From Amphiscolops sp. MND2022 (Eukaryota): a stretch of 64,000 nucleotides of DNA. This document shows positions 14,546 to 27,340 of this stretch, in pieces. The stretch covers positions 93,374,001 to 93,438,000 of the forward strand of contig OZ076409.1 of the NCBI GenBank assembly GCA_964187785.1. The letters run 5' to 3'. A program made the translations under genes and the position numbers. How positions within the stretch are numbered: the first letter of the stretch is position 1; each line of letters begins with the position of its first letter. The notes below the pieces were generated by a model. It did no database searches and was not told where the DNA came from. It saw nothing but the letters and a program-made list of their open reading frames with translations.

Positions 14546-16277
14546 TGTCGCAGGTTACCGCCTGTGGCGGAATAATGTCCACGACTTCAGCGGACAGACA
14601 GAGACAGGAGAGTAAGCCAAGAACCCTCCCGATCTACTAAACTTACGCTGCACTTAAACTATTTAGTTTGTTTCGATGTAATTCGAAGTTATTTTCGATA
14701 ATGTTTTCATATTTGGACTTCCCATTAGTCTGCTAAATATTACGATCTGCGTTATTCAGATCAGAAGCTGGATTAGTTGGATGCTGTGATTTATTGATGA
14801 ATTTGCAAATGATAATTGTACACTTTATTTTGGACAAATAGGCAATGCTGTGAGAAAGTACGGAAAGGAGTTTAAATAAGCTCCCGTACTTTCACGGCAA
14901 CGATATTTGATGACCATTAATCAACCAATCACAGTTAATCACTCTCACTGCGCAGTACAATTGTTGGTCGGTTAAGGCCGTTTAACAAGATGCTATTGAT
15001 GCTATACTGATAATTAGGCTGGTTGCCGGTTCCGGCCAAATAAAGTGCTGGGTGGTCAGCGTGCGATATGCGTTTTAATGGTAGTCGGTTGAACGCTTGT
15101 GCCTTATTTAGAAGCTTAGAAGTTCTTTTAGTAAGGATCATTAATGCTATTTAGAGTGTTTTTTGCTGAATGAAATAATGACTATTTGATCTAGTCACTA
15201 GACCTAACCCGGTGACAAACAATTAGAGTACTTTTTTGATGTTCCTGTCGGTCATTTCATTTTTATTGTTTTAACATGTAATCATAACGCCTGATGCTTC
15301 CAATGCTTATTTGCGATGCACGCTTAGGCACATGCTTTAGTGCAGAGGTGCATATTCTGAAAAATTATATCAGAAATTGCTATTTTGAGATGATATTTGT
15401 CGATGGTCTTTTGACGTAAATTCGAAGCATGTAGCTTTGAAATGAATTCCTTCAAAATCCTAATAAGGAGAACGTCAGTACAGTCTCATGATCCATTGAT
15501 GATTACTATACGGAAGCCCTGGTAAAATTGTTAAAAATATTGTGTTTGTCGAATAGTAAAATCTGTAAAAAATGCGGGTGTCATACTGATGGGAGTATAA
15601 ATAGCCCTTACTCCCTAAAGCGGACACAATCCGCAGAACGTTGCCATAGTTCAGTTGCTTCAAACTTATTTTTTCGATTGAATTCAAATATTCATAATCG
15701 GATATTCTCGATGCCTACTACGAGAAAACAAAAGAAATCTAGAAAATCTAGAGGAAAAGGGATGTTATCAGACATTGAAGATCGTGACATAATGTTAGGT
15801 GGAGATAACCCTGAAAGGGCACAAAGCGAATTCAGTAATTCTGTTAGAAGGCCAGAAAGCCCCAGCCATACCACATTGGTGAACAATGATGTCAATTCTC
15901 ACTCCAACTCTAGAGAAGATGAGGTCAGGGGTTATGCCAGAAACGGTCGAAATTGAGGAGAAATTGATTCAAGCAGTGAATTCAATAGGTTGTCTGGGGA
16001 ATTAAATCAGAGGATCACCCAGAAAATGAGTGAACTTATGAGTAGTGTGAGTTCGCAAATATGAAGAGTCATAATTGAGACAATAAACGAACAAGTTCTG
16101 CCTCAAATCCAGGCTACTCTAAAAGTCGGACAAGGACAGATACCTAACACAAGGTGGGAAGTTCTGGCGAGAAGACAGGGATGTAGATCCGAAGAAGCCC
16201 TAAATCGTAAAGCATTTCGAGAGATGAGATCTCTAGAGACTTGAAATGAAACGAGGACATAGATGACACTCATTACA
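14546..16277 (+). mobile_element. Solo LTR (1.73 kb) carrying the decayed 5' part of a gag-like ORF
   Basis: TGTCG..TTACA termini with 5-bp TSD TCTGT (14541-14545, 16278-16282). ORF from ATG 15711 (MPTTRKQKKSRKS..) is interrupted by stops and continues as a coiled-coil-like sequence toward the LTR end. Confidence 0.75.
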
Positions 16278-17453
16278 TCTGTTATCACCTCAAAAAGTGT
16301 TGATGTCACTCCAGTGGATTGTCATTCTCTGTTAACAGAGGATCAGCTCGTACAACGAAAAAATTCTCGAAAACTGAGTTTTCACATTCGAAGGTTCCAT
16401 CCGCGACATGGTGCATCAGAGAGAGATTCGACCGTTCTTTTTGCTTTAGCAATTGTTGTGTCCAAAATTGAGTTATATTAAAACAGTTAATTAAAATTAA
16501 AATTATTTGATTGAATATAAATCGTCGTGTCCAAAGTATCAATCAAAAGGAAGTTTTTGAAAACGAAAATAAAAACAAATTACTTTATCACTATTTAGGA
16601 AGCGGAATTTACATTCATTAACTCTGTATGCAAAAAAGACTTCACTTGCAAAAAACTTGCAAGTTTTTTCCAAGATCTTGCAAGTTTTTCCATTCCCTTG
16701 GATTTCCGGGAAAAAAATTTTGTATAGTAGATTCATTGCAAATGGTTTGAATCATACTAGGTTGTAGATGATGATGATGATTCAACGTGATGATCCATAG
16801 TTTCATCGTGTCATTCTATATTTTTAATGCCATGGAAGACGTGGAAGACAATTTCGAATTTCCAAAAAATGGGTGCGTATCTGTCGAAAGTTTGGAACTC
16901 TTCCGTTTTGTCCTTCGTTCGCAGAAATTTATTGAAACTCAGTCCTCATTAGAATCAACACTTTTGCGCTCATATGATCTCCTAGTTATATTTCATACAA
17001 ATGCGTATACATTACCTTTTTGTATCAAGTTGTTATTTTTCAAAAAACTCAGGTGTTTCAAAAAGATCTCATTGGTTTTCGAAGAAACATTTAATTAGTA
17101 GCTGATTGTGTGAATTTTTTGACGCCATCAGAACAAAATGGAACAATTTTTCCATGAGTAAATAATCTTCATTTTTAGTGAACTTCTTTTCGAAATTTAG
17201 TGATTACAACTGAAAAGGGAATGAAACAGCATCCGGAAAGAATTCCAATTTTGTAAAAGGCATTTTCCACCAATATTTTGTAAGTGAAACTCCTTACCCC
17301 GCTACATAAAAAACTTGTTTTAAAATATTAAGGTTAACAAAACTTAATGAAAACATTGTTTTGCGAGAGAAAGGCCGGGTCTTTTCACTTTCAAACTCTA
17401 GCGACATTGTATGGTTGTTGATATCGACGTGAACGTGTTGTGAGCAGCCTTTT

Positions 17454-17810
17454 TAGTCGGCGCTTTTCAGGAGAAATGCCCGACTCTACACAAAGGATGG
17501 TTTTTTAAACGCATAATGTCTACTTTTTGTTCATTTGTTCAACATGTCAGAAACATACTGAATACGTCAGAACCTCGTCCAAAACAAGACCGATGTCCTT
17601 TGGCTCTTGGTGTTTTTAACTGGTGATTTTTTTGGGCACTATTAGCTTTTTTCCAAAAAAATTTTGATTGCACCAAAGGGTCCCCCTTCAATTTCTTTGA
17701 TATTATGCAACAAACTGGATATCCCCAAACCCCCAAACGGTTTCTCATTTTAATATTTCCTGCAGAACGTCCTTTGTTTATTTTAAAAACTTTGCGCTTT
17801 TTTGAGCCTC
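17454..17810 (-). repeat. Truncated Helentron/DINE-like repeat
   Basis: TAGTCGGCGCTTTTC..CCCGACT hairpin, AAAGGGTCCCCC and TTTTGAGCCT motifs of the family. Confidence 0.5.
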
Positions 17811-19172
17811 AGAATTAGTTTGATCTATACTTGGAATTTTACTTGTATTCATATTTGAAGAGTTGTTCAAACATTTTTGTTGTTAAAAAGGTGAGAAAGC
17901 TGAGAAATGTTTAGAAAAGTGAAAAAAAGTGGAAAGGAAGCTTTCGCAACACTTTAGCATGAAGGATACCACCACTCGTCTGTTTAGTTCGAGCCTTTAT
18001 ATTATTTCTGCACATTTTATGTGTTCGAACCTTGTTTTTTAACCTGATTTGAACATTTCAACTTGTAAAATGAGCTTCCACTGATGAGTTCTGTCTAAAC
18101 ACGTTGATGCTTAGTTTGGAGATGTATTACCCCTGCTTGAGAAAATGCTTGAGAAGCACTTCATATATCATCGCCTATCAGTGTAACATTAGTCGATGCT
18201 TCCTGAAAAAGTGCTTTTTAATTTTATTTTCATTTTTTCCAATCTGATTGATTTGACAGAAAGTTCTGCTTTTCGATTGAAATATCGCCTGAAAGCAATA
18301 TCCTAAAGTCCAGAGACCTCGTCAGGTTTGTTTGACGTACATCGTATTTTTCAAGAAACTTCTTGCAGGCAAAAAGTTTTCCTTGTGTTTTTCAACCCAT
18401 TCTTTGATTGAGAGAGTTTCGAGGCTGTGATTGTTCTTCAATTCCTCAAAAAAGTTCCAAAAGACTTTCGAAACTGAGTCGTTTCGGAAAAACGAGACTG
18501 CGTTTTTCAAGACAAAGGGGCGCTTTAAGCACTATGAGAACGTCTTCTGATTTTTTGAAGAAACCCCTTTTCAGTTGTAGGAAAAACAATCCACTCTGCG
18601 AGCACAAAAGGAACCCCAAAGGAGTTTCGACACTTTAGAGCTCTGAAAAATTTTCTTCCCGTGATAACGTTTTAAAAACTTTTTCGAAAAAAAATTTTCA
18701 CTTATTTTTTCGTTTGTTTTAAGAGTCAACTCTTTGGTTGTTTTATGGACCCGTGGAACTGATGGAAAATTGATATTAAAATTGTGGAATATTCTTTTTC
18801 GGTTCTCTGCAACTTTAAATAAATTAGATTTACTAGAGATTCGCTGCTTTGGTTCCTTGATGTTTGCGTTTTTCGAAACGCGTTTTTGTTCCCAAAGGTC
18901 ACGCCTTTGGGTATTGTTGACACTGTGAGACTTTTTCGAACAAAACCTTTCGGAAAAGGATACAAATTTGGATGGTACTTTGAAATGCTTGTTCTCTAAG
19001 CCTTCGTGTATGGTAGCTAATATAGTGTGGCACTTATGGTGCATAAAGTTCCCTTCTCCGATTTCTCGTGCTGTTGTTAATGGCGCCTCTGTTTTGTCAT
19101 AACGTGTCTTGTAATTTCGAGAATAACATTGACTATTGATGATACTAGTTGACAGAAAGTGTTAAACATGGA

Positions 19173-21344
19173 TGTCGAGCCCCACTGTGTGGGTCGGCTT
19201 TGAAGGACCTTTCGAAGTTGATTGTCGGTTTTCGGTGTCTGCCTTACTTATGACAGCCATCATTAAGTCCTTCAGTTGACTAAACTCATTTTGTAACTCG
19301 TTTATCTTTCTCTCGTAACTCTCTTTTATTTCAGACAATTGAGACGAGATATCAGAAGTTTCGTTACTATCGGAGTCATTGGCAGAGGACTGAGCCATGT
19401 CTGGATCCGTTGAAACAGGTGTTTCTGACGAGGAACTAATAATTCTTCCGCTTCTGAGTTCAGTGCCTAGATCTGGGTTCATAGAGGTGGGAGAAAAGGA
19501 ATTATGAGTGAAGACTGGATTCTGGATGATTTTTCGATGTATTTTCTATTTTTTGCTGTTATTCGAACTCAAATTCACTATTTCTGAACTTGAGATGTAA
19601 ATGTGATGAGTTTTACAGTAAGACAAAGATACTAGTAAAGAACGGGAAACAGTTAGCGAGGATTAAGTAGAGTCCATCCAAATTTCATCGGATGTATATT
19701 TATCGAAGAAATTACTCAGAGTCGTGAAGGTAGCGTTATTTTACGATGAATAAGAGATGTGTTTTCTAGTTCAAATCTGTCGTAATTCGTCCAACTGGAC
19801 AGTGGCTAATCGCAATTTCGGTCTGAGTAATCACTAATGGCGGTCCAAAATACAGCAGTTCACGTGTCTTTTCAGGCTGGTAAGACGCTAAATCTCTTAC
19901 CAGCCGACTCTTATTGGCTATTGCCAGTTGGTGCTAATTGGTAAGTCACGTGACCGGTGTTGTGAACTGCCGCAAGTTGGCCAAACCACATGGTACATCT
20001 ACATACGCTAATTATGACTAATCATCACTTTACAATGTCGCAATTGCCTGCACGCAGTATCATGGTTTCTATAGCAACTCAAATCATTCAATAATGTACT
20101 AATTTCAAGTCAAACCAGAGTAAACTGTATCACAGGATGGGAAAACGATGTTTTCCAACTAATTCCAGCACTAAAATCAATACTTCAAAACTAAAGATGG
20201 AAATGCGATGAATTTGTCAGAATATTTGCTGATTTTCAAGTCTAGTTTAGCTCTGGATGAAAATGCGATGAATGGTGGTTTTTTCGCTCGAAAATCAACA
20301 CGATATAAACTGACGATGATAAAAGGATGAACTCTCCTCGAAAATAACTAATTCCCAGCACTAGTGAAATTGACGATGAATTCAGGATGAATTCAGTTGA
20401 CAAAACAGGTGAAACAACTAATTCTGCAGTAAAGACAAATATACGATGACTTTAGGATGAATACATTCAATAAAACAGCAAAGTCGAATCGAATTCCAAC
20501 GATGAGTTTAGGATGAACTCAACTGAAAATTCGGCTAATTCTAGCGCAAGTTGAACTAGCGATGAATTTACGATGAACTAGTGATGAGTTAATCTAATAA
20601 AACAGATATCCAGCACTTCACTCTTTTTTAGGATGAATTAAGGATGTACTTTCTCATTCCTTATTGTCACTAGTCAAGACGATGAAATATAGATGTGTTA
20701 TGCTCTTTTAAGAAATGAGAAGCATATTGAAGGTTAATAATCACAAAACGGCGATGAGTATGGGATGGTTTTCATGCATTTTAAAGTCCCGTGAGATCCG
20801 CTGATGGATCACTAAATGAAATCAAATAAATGTCCCAATTTTTGTTCACCCGCAATCTTGGCGATGTGATTGCGATGAACTTTGATAATATAGCACTGTA
20901 ATTTCACTAGTAAATCAAGCTGAAGGATCACTAAGTCCGCTGATGGATTAGTGATGAACTTTTCCTGAAATTCGTCACGACTACAAGTCCTGAGGCGGGG
21001 AGCTAGTAGAAGTTACAGATTTCATTATTTCTACATCTCTCGGTCCAGTCTGACCGGAAAACTTCTCTCCCTTATCGTGACAAACCAATATTGAATAAGA
21101 TAGCACATTAAAGGCCATTGGCAAGATCATTTGTGCGGACACCGGAACTAGAGCGCTCAGTATTAAGTAAATATATATAGCTCAAGCTCAGGGGGGATAG
21201 GGATTAAGGTACAAGTAACGTAGGGTTGCTCACAACCATGGCTCTTATTATATGACATCATATTGCCCATATCTAAGTACATAAGACATAATATTTACAT
21301 TACAGATATTTAGTAGATTATATTTCCATCATGCTGGCATGACA
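19173..21344 (-). repeat. 3' LTR (2172 bp)
   Basis: Matches 36091-38266. By eye it differs by about 5 substitutions and one 4-bp indel. The 106 aa ORF at 19162-19482 is simply the LTR-borne gag start. Confidence 0.97.
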
Positions 21345-21354
21345 CTCCCCGGGG
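21345..21354 (-). other. Candidate short polypurine tract
   Basis: Minus strand reads CCCCGGGGAG immediately before the TG of the 3' LTR; only 6 contiguous purines. Confidence 0.5.
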
Positions 21355-21753
21355 CGGGATTTGGAATGAGCGTGCAGGGGCCAAATGTGCAGAGGATGGT
21401 CGTCTCGGCGTTGGCTTCGACTGGTCCTTCGTTTGGTTGGGGAGAAACTGGCCTTCGTTAGTTCTGAACTGGCATGTCCTTCGTTTGTTCTGTCCTGTGA
21501 GAGCTTCTCTGAGAAGAGGACCTTCGGTAATCGTCTTTTCTGGCATCATCCTGGGTGATTTCGGTTAAAATTTTCGACGCGACAACTCTAATTCTTGGTC
21601 CATCGAATGTCCGCTGATCTGCATTTTATTGGTTGTCATGCTTTTGACGGGAGTTTCGGCTGGTTATTTTCGGTAGAAGCTGATTTCTCGGTGAAAAGTT
21701 TCCCTCCGAAACGCCTACGCTGAATAAACAATTCGATTAGCTTCATTGACAAA

Positions 21754-21975
21754 TTGGCTGCGAGTCGGGGATGAATGAACGATGAATTGTTTGTTCAGCG
21801 AGACATCGATGCTGTTTAGTGGAATGGCTGGCGCCGTTGCTTTGTTTACTCGCGATGGAAAGGAGATGAATCGTCGTCATAGTAACTGTCAAAAGTTACT
21901 TCCGCTGCTCGACTTTTGAGTGAATGAGAAAGAGATGAATTCGTCGCCATAGCAACTGTTGCTCGATCTGATTGG
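21754..21975 (+). promoter_or_regulatory. Putative promoter of the antisense gene: two RFX X-box matches and CCAAT boxes
   Basis: GTCGTCATAGTAAC (21873-21886) and GTCGCCATAGCAAC (21943-21956) fit GTHNYY-AT-RRNAAC. ATTGG at ~21754 and 21971. Confidence 0.45.
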
Positions 21976-22474
21976 CTGAGACTGAATTTATAACTGAAGG
22001 AAATTACAACCGGTTGTCAGCAGCATTCTCATCCATAAATCATCCTCCATTCAAGTCGGTTTGAAAATCGCCACGATTTCCTTTGCGCGTTTCCGCTCAA
22101 CTTCGTCGGTATTGATCCGAGACTGGCAGCTGTCAACAAATCAAATACTTGAAGTTTTTTGTCAAGTCCTAGGAGAGGACGATCCATTTTCAGAGAAAGC
22201 TTGAGTTGGTTGTACTGGGAAGAAAAGTGATGTCAGTATTTGAAATCGGAGAATTTTCATCGATTTTTCATCTTCTGAATTCAAGTATTTGATTAACATG
22301 GCATTCAAGCTGCGTCGCGCTCTTTGAAATCTTCTATTGAATTTGTTCTTCTGTAATCATGGTTGATCAGGCCATTTAATTACTGATCAAATTCTCTGTT
22401 CCTGGATTCTTCGATTTCTTTCCTTCTTTCACCTTCTTCCATTCTTTTCAGATTGTTTCTGCAATTTCTTCACG

Positions 22475-25400
22475 ATGTCGGATATCAACTCCGTCTATTC
22501 GTTACCGGAGACCGAGGCCACAGAAAGTAAGTGCACTATTTTTTCTCTTCTTCACAAACGGGTCGGGGAATAATTAGGAATTGAAGGCGTGTCTTGGTTT
22601 TAGCGGACTCCGTTCACTCTGTCGGCATCATTTCCGAGCTGACTACATTGCAGACATTTCCGCCTCAAGAGGCTCCAATCCATGCAGCATCTCACGCACC
22701 TCAGTATCAACCCGAGCAGCAAATTGAACAGGCCCCTAACGTCCCGTATCTTCCGCAGTGTAAGTACTATCCTTCCATTCTTCAGTTCAGTCTTCGAATC
22801 CCTCATATCTCATCCTTACTTCGTCCAGTAGCTGACTCCTTTTCGTACGGTGTTTCAGACCACTACCCTTGGTATGCCTCCCTCGGCAGCATCACCTTCG
22901 GGTGGTATGACCGCCACATGCGGGACATGCTGCGGGACAGCATCCAGCAGTTCAGTGAGTTTGTCAATTTCCTTTTCACTCCTCTAGGCTATCGTCCGAA
23001 CACTCCGATGTGATTCCGATGTAAACATCTCATCTGCATGTAGTGTCCTTTGCGGTCGATTACCCATGTAATTCATTTTTAAGATGAATTTAGGATGTGT
23101 CATGAACATTCACAGCTCTTCGTGACTGACTCGCTGTAAATCCCATTTTTTGAAGATGAGTTTTGGATGAATTCTTCTCCGGTCTTCTTTCTTCGCGCGT
23201 CGTACGCGCTCTTTCTTCTCCAATCGTCGTCGTCCAGTAACTGTTTCTTCTTTCAGGCCCCACACCGATCCACGCGCCAAGGCCTCGTCCAATCAGCTAC
23301 TCCGTCGGAGTAGGGACGAGTGATTTCGTCACAACTAGTGCTGATGCTAGCACTCAAGGAGGGCCCCCTCCACTAGAGTTGTCCTCTTTCCTTGAGGACC
23401 TGTCACTAGGTGCAGTGAGTTCTCCTGTGATGAGGGCTTCCGCCTCCGTCCTCTCGCCGAACTTCCATCGGTACCTCGACGCTAGTGCCTCTCCCAGAAG
23501 TCCTCTTCCTCCACCTCGCGTCACAGTTGACACAGCTGCAAATGCCGTTGTTGATTGCATAGATGCAGCCGTTGATGCCTGTGTGGATACTGCGGACAAG
23601 GAGGTCCAAGCCGTTATTGAGACTGCTGATGGTTCCACATCTTATGAACCCCAGGTGGAGACTTCCCTGTCTGCTTCTCCTCCTCCACCGATTGCTGATG
23701 CTCCAGGGGCAGTTGACGTTGACGTTGACCCGTCCGAAGTTCCCTCAGCTGGCACCACCGAGACCCAACTGGAAATCCCTGACGAACTCTCATTTCATAG
23801 TCCTCCATCTGGCGTGTCTGCTCCAGGAAGTATTGCGTCCACTGTAGCTGCTGCCGCCATCGAGACGTCTCCAATGGGACCCAGCTTGTTGGACTCCGAT
23901 GACGAGCCCATTGCATCTCGTCTGCCAGGTTAACTAAACAGCTTTAAACCGGTGAAGTATCTGATCAGTAGTTTTTCATTCGTTTTCTTCTTCGTTTTTA
24001 CCTTCACTAGCATTTTTCACGTTTTTCTTTTTTCTATCCACTTTCCATCGTTTTTCTGTTTCCACTATATGGTTTTCTGCAGTTTTCCATTTTCCATCAT
24101 TTTCTCATCGTCAAAATTTTTTGAACAATAGTCTTGTTCGCTCTCTGGTCTTTTTTTTTGAACTTTTCATCTCTTTTACATCTTTAAAATTTCTCGTTTC
24201 GGTTTTCGCTATCTTTCAGTGTTTTCTTTTCAGTTTACATCTCTTTTTCATCGTTAAGTTGTTTTTCGCTCTACAATATCTCAAATTTGGTTCAAAGTCG
24301 TTCTATTCATCTCTTTTTCATCGTTCGAGGCTTTCATTCTTTAAAGTTTCCATTTTTCATTCTGGTGGTCTGCAAACACATCTCTTTTTCATCTTTTCAT
24401 TTTTTCTTCGTTTTTCGCTTGTATTTCCGATGAAAATATTGTTTTACATCATTTTTTCATCACTCGGGGTGAACCTTTTGGAAAATTTCAGTGGATTTTC
24501 GAATTTTCTTTTTCTGAGGATGTGTAGAGGATGAGTTAGACAATTTCCGTTTTCTTTTGGTTTCAGGAAAGAAGATTCTCAAGACTGCGTGGTTTGCTCA
24601 CGCGTATTGTGGATTGGCCCTGGGCTTTGCTAAAGACCACCGGACGCGAGATTCCTATGTCAGGTGTCTCCTGTGCAAGCAGGACGTCAAGATCGCCAGC
24701 AGAGGTATCACGACGTTCTGGGAGCACTCTCGGGGCATTCATCATCATAGGCTCGATTGCTTGATTCGGCTACGGCGGGGTCTGGCGTTGCGGAAGCGCG
24801 ATGGGACGCTAATGTCCGAGGCGGAGTCCAAAATGTGTGTCACTAGTCTGGCGGGTGAGGCTGTGCCTGCGGTGGAGTTGTGCCCGAACCTGAGCGTTGC
24901 GGAGGTTCTGCGAGCCGAGCTGGACGGCAGATCTGCATGGGGCGAGAGTCAGGAAGCCGAAGACGAGATGCAGACCGAAAGTGTGCGGCTATTTGTATGT
25001 TTAGTGATCGATGCAATCTACCGTGACTGCAATTTCACAAGTGTGCAGCATTTGTGGGATTTAATGGTTGCATCAAACTCCCAACATTCGGCTCTGTTTG
25101 GCGCGTTTTGCCGAGATAGCGACGTTCTGGTTATTATGATTTTTCGTACTACTATATGTGGTTTACATGTTACATGTTTTCGGTTTATGTGAACAATTTC
25201 ATGAATATTTACAATTTTGGGTGAGGGGTACACATTTTTAGAGTCTCTTTTTGTTTTTTGTTTTGAGTATTTTCGTAATTGTTTGTATGCGTTTGTACCG
25301 AGTTTTGGACGATGTGTTTTGGATGGATTCGATGTTGTTGTTTTAGCGTGTGGTGCTTGTGGGACTCTGGCCATACGTTATGCGCCGGATGATCAATGTG

Positions 25401-27203
25401 TGGACCGAGACCGAGTTTACGAGTTTCAGTGTCGCCATTGTTGCCGGAAGAGTGGTGGGGTCAGTGACTGTATGCACGCCAGAAAAACCTGTGAGCTACG
25501 TTGTGTTCTCATTTATCTATGCTCAGGGGTGGGAACGTCGCGTGGTTTCATGGGTCGTGGACATGCTTTGTTGCGCTGTCGGGCAAGTTGCACCAGTTGG
25601 TGTGAATTGCAAATTGATGCCAGGCCTCGAGAATGTTTTGGCGAGCAGTACTGGACAAGGAACTGTGACAGTTGTCCCTTTGCGTCTGGTGAAGATCAAT
25701 AAGACCCTCGTGGATGTCAGTGTACGAGTGATGGGCGGCATTGATGTTCACACGATGTTAAATCACCTTCAGACGAGGTTGAAAGAATTCATGGACGACC
25801 CTATCATCTTGGCTTGTCCCAAGTTACTGCAGGTAATTTTTGGTACTTAACAGTAGACTATTTGGTTTCTATGTACATGTGTTTAGCTGGTATGTGGTTT
25901 ATTGGCAATTTTTATATATTTTCACGTGTTGATTTCAGTCTGTGCTCGACGGTGAGGTCACCTTGTGGGACGTTCCGGACGTGTTGGTCGAGCTTTGTGA
26001 GAACTGGTCTGGGGTCACCATGTTGCTGCGAGTGCCTAGCCGATCCGGAATTGTCGATTCATTGGATTTGGTTCTGTGTGGCGATGTTAGCTTGCCGTTG
26101 CGGTTGCATGCTTTAGCGGTTGTTTTTCGTGCTCGTTAGTATGTTTTATATGTTTTGCGTGGAGAATGTCTAGACAGTAAAGTTGCATGGGTAGTAACGG
26201 GAGGGGGGTTAGTGTTGGTTAACGTGGGTTGGTTTTGGCGCAAAGTCCTGAGCAATGTTCGTTTGTTTAAGTTGTAACGTCTTATCAGTGGAGCTTTAGC
26301 AGCTGCAGTTTACGCAGTTGTCATTGGGCATTTGAAAGTGCCTCGTTTGTTCACAAGCTCTTAACTATTCTGATGGACGATGTGGATCTGCCATCTATCT
26401 ACAATGTGAGGGCGTGCCTGAATGTCGATGTGGCAAGTCTTGTGGTGTCTCCTATGAAGGTGGAAGCTCTGAGAGGGCAGTTCAGACAGTACGAAGAGTG
26501 TTTTACGGATCCTGCCGTGTTTGTCAATCATTTCCTGCAAGTACAGAATTTCTTACTGGAGGTGGTTGCAGAAGTGCTCCTTGTGGACGGGATGAGGGAG
26601 GAAGTTACCTTCCACTTGAGTGTCTGTTGTCCTGCTTTATTGTTGTCCAGTGATGTCGCAGTGTTAACAGAAGAGGTGTCGCTGTTTACAGAACTGCTGT
26701 TGGATCTAAATCGCGTGACTGCCGTCGAGAGAGCGCGTATGGAACAAAGCTTCCCCTCGTTCCTAGAACGATTTAGGAGTCTGGCAACCGATGTGTCGGT
26801 CCATGATGCTGGTTCCGCAGTGGAACTTTTCCGAGTGTGCAACAGTGTTTCGATGCGCAAGCTGATGCGTTATTTGATGTGCCTCAACGAAAGTCCTCTG
26901 TTGTCAGTGGGTGCCGCATGTGTGGAGGTGGGCCAACTTAGTGGTGACGTTACTACGAGTGTGTGTGCGAGCATCCTAAGTTTCTTGAAGTCGCAGTCAG
27001 TGAGAACGTATGAAAGTGTCAGCGGGCCTCTACTAGAGGAAGTCTGTGAGTCATTTGGGCGTTTCACCGTGTTGTCAGAGCTGACGGAAGAAATGCTCTG
27101 GGACGATGTGGGTGTGGTTGCCGCCGAAGACTATAGACAGTCTCTTTACGAACTGGCAGGCTACACCGCTGAGGGGGAGAGAGCACCAAGTCCCGAGATA
27201 TGA
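22475..27203 (+). CDS. Spliced antisense accessory gene, ~1050 aa, BED-like zinc finger, possibly hAT-transposase derived
   Basis: Exons 22475-22526, 22604-22759, 22859-22954, 23257-23928, 24567-25129, 25347-25832, 25939-26134, 26272-27203 total 3153 nt, ATG to TGA. All 7 introns are GT..AG with matching phases (1,1,1,1,0,0,1). C-x2-C-x16-H-x4-H at ~24665-24742. Confidence 0.85.
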
Positions 27204-27334
27204 GAGTACTGATGCTGAAACTTTGTCTTTTATACATACTGATGATTTTATATGTGGTATTTGCATTATTATAGATAGCAATTAGTTTAGTTGTGGGTGG
27301 CCAAAGGGACATGTCGTTTTAAGTGACATGAATG

Positions 27335-27340
27335 AATAAA
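27335..27340 (+). terminator. Candidate polyadenylation signal of the antisense gene
   Basis: AATAAA about 130 nt after the stop codon at 27203. Confidence 0.5.

Noticed and set aside
19162..19482. Independent 106 aa gene
   Set aside because: It is the 3' LTR duplicate of the gag N-terminus and ends a few codons into flanking DNA.
20130..20960. CRISPR-like repeat-spacer array in the LTR
   Set aside because: The constant part is only two 4-mers plus a loose companion motif, and the units show residual similarity to each other.
24121..24534. 137 aa Phe-rich membrane-like ORF
   Set aside because: T-rich low-complexity sequence lying within predicted intron 4.
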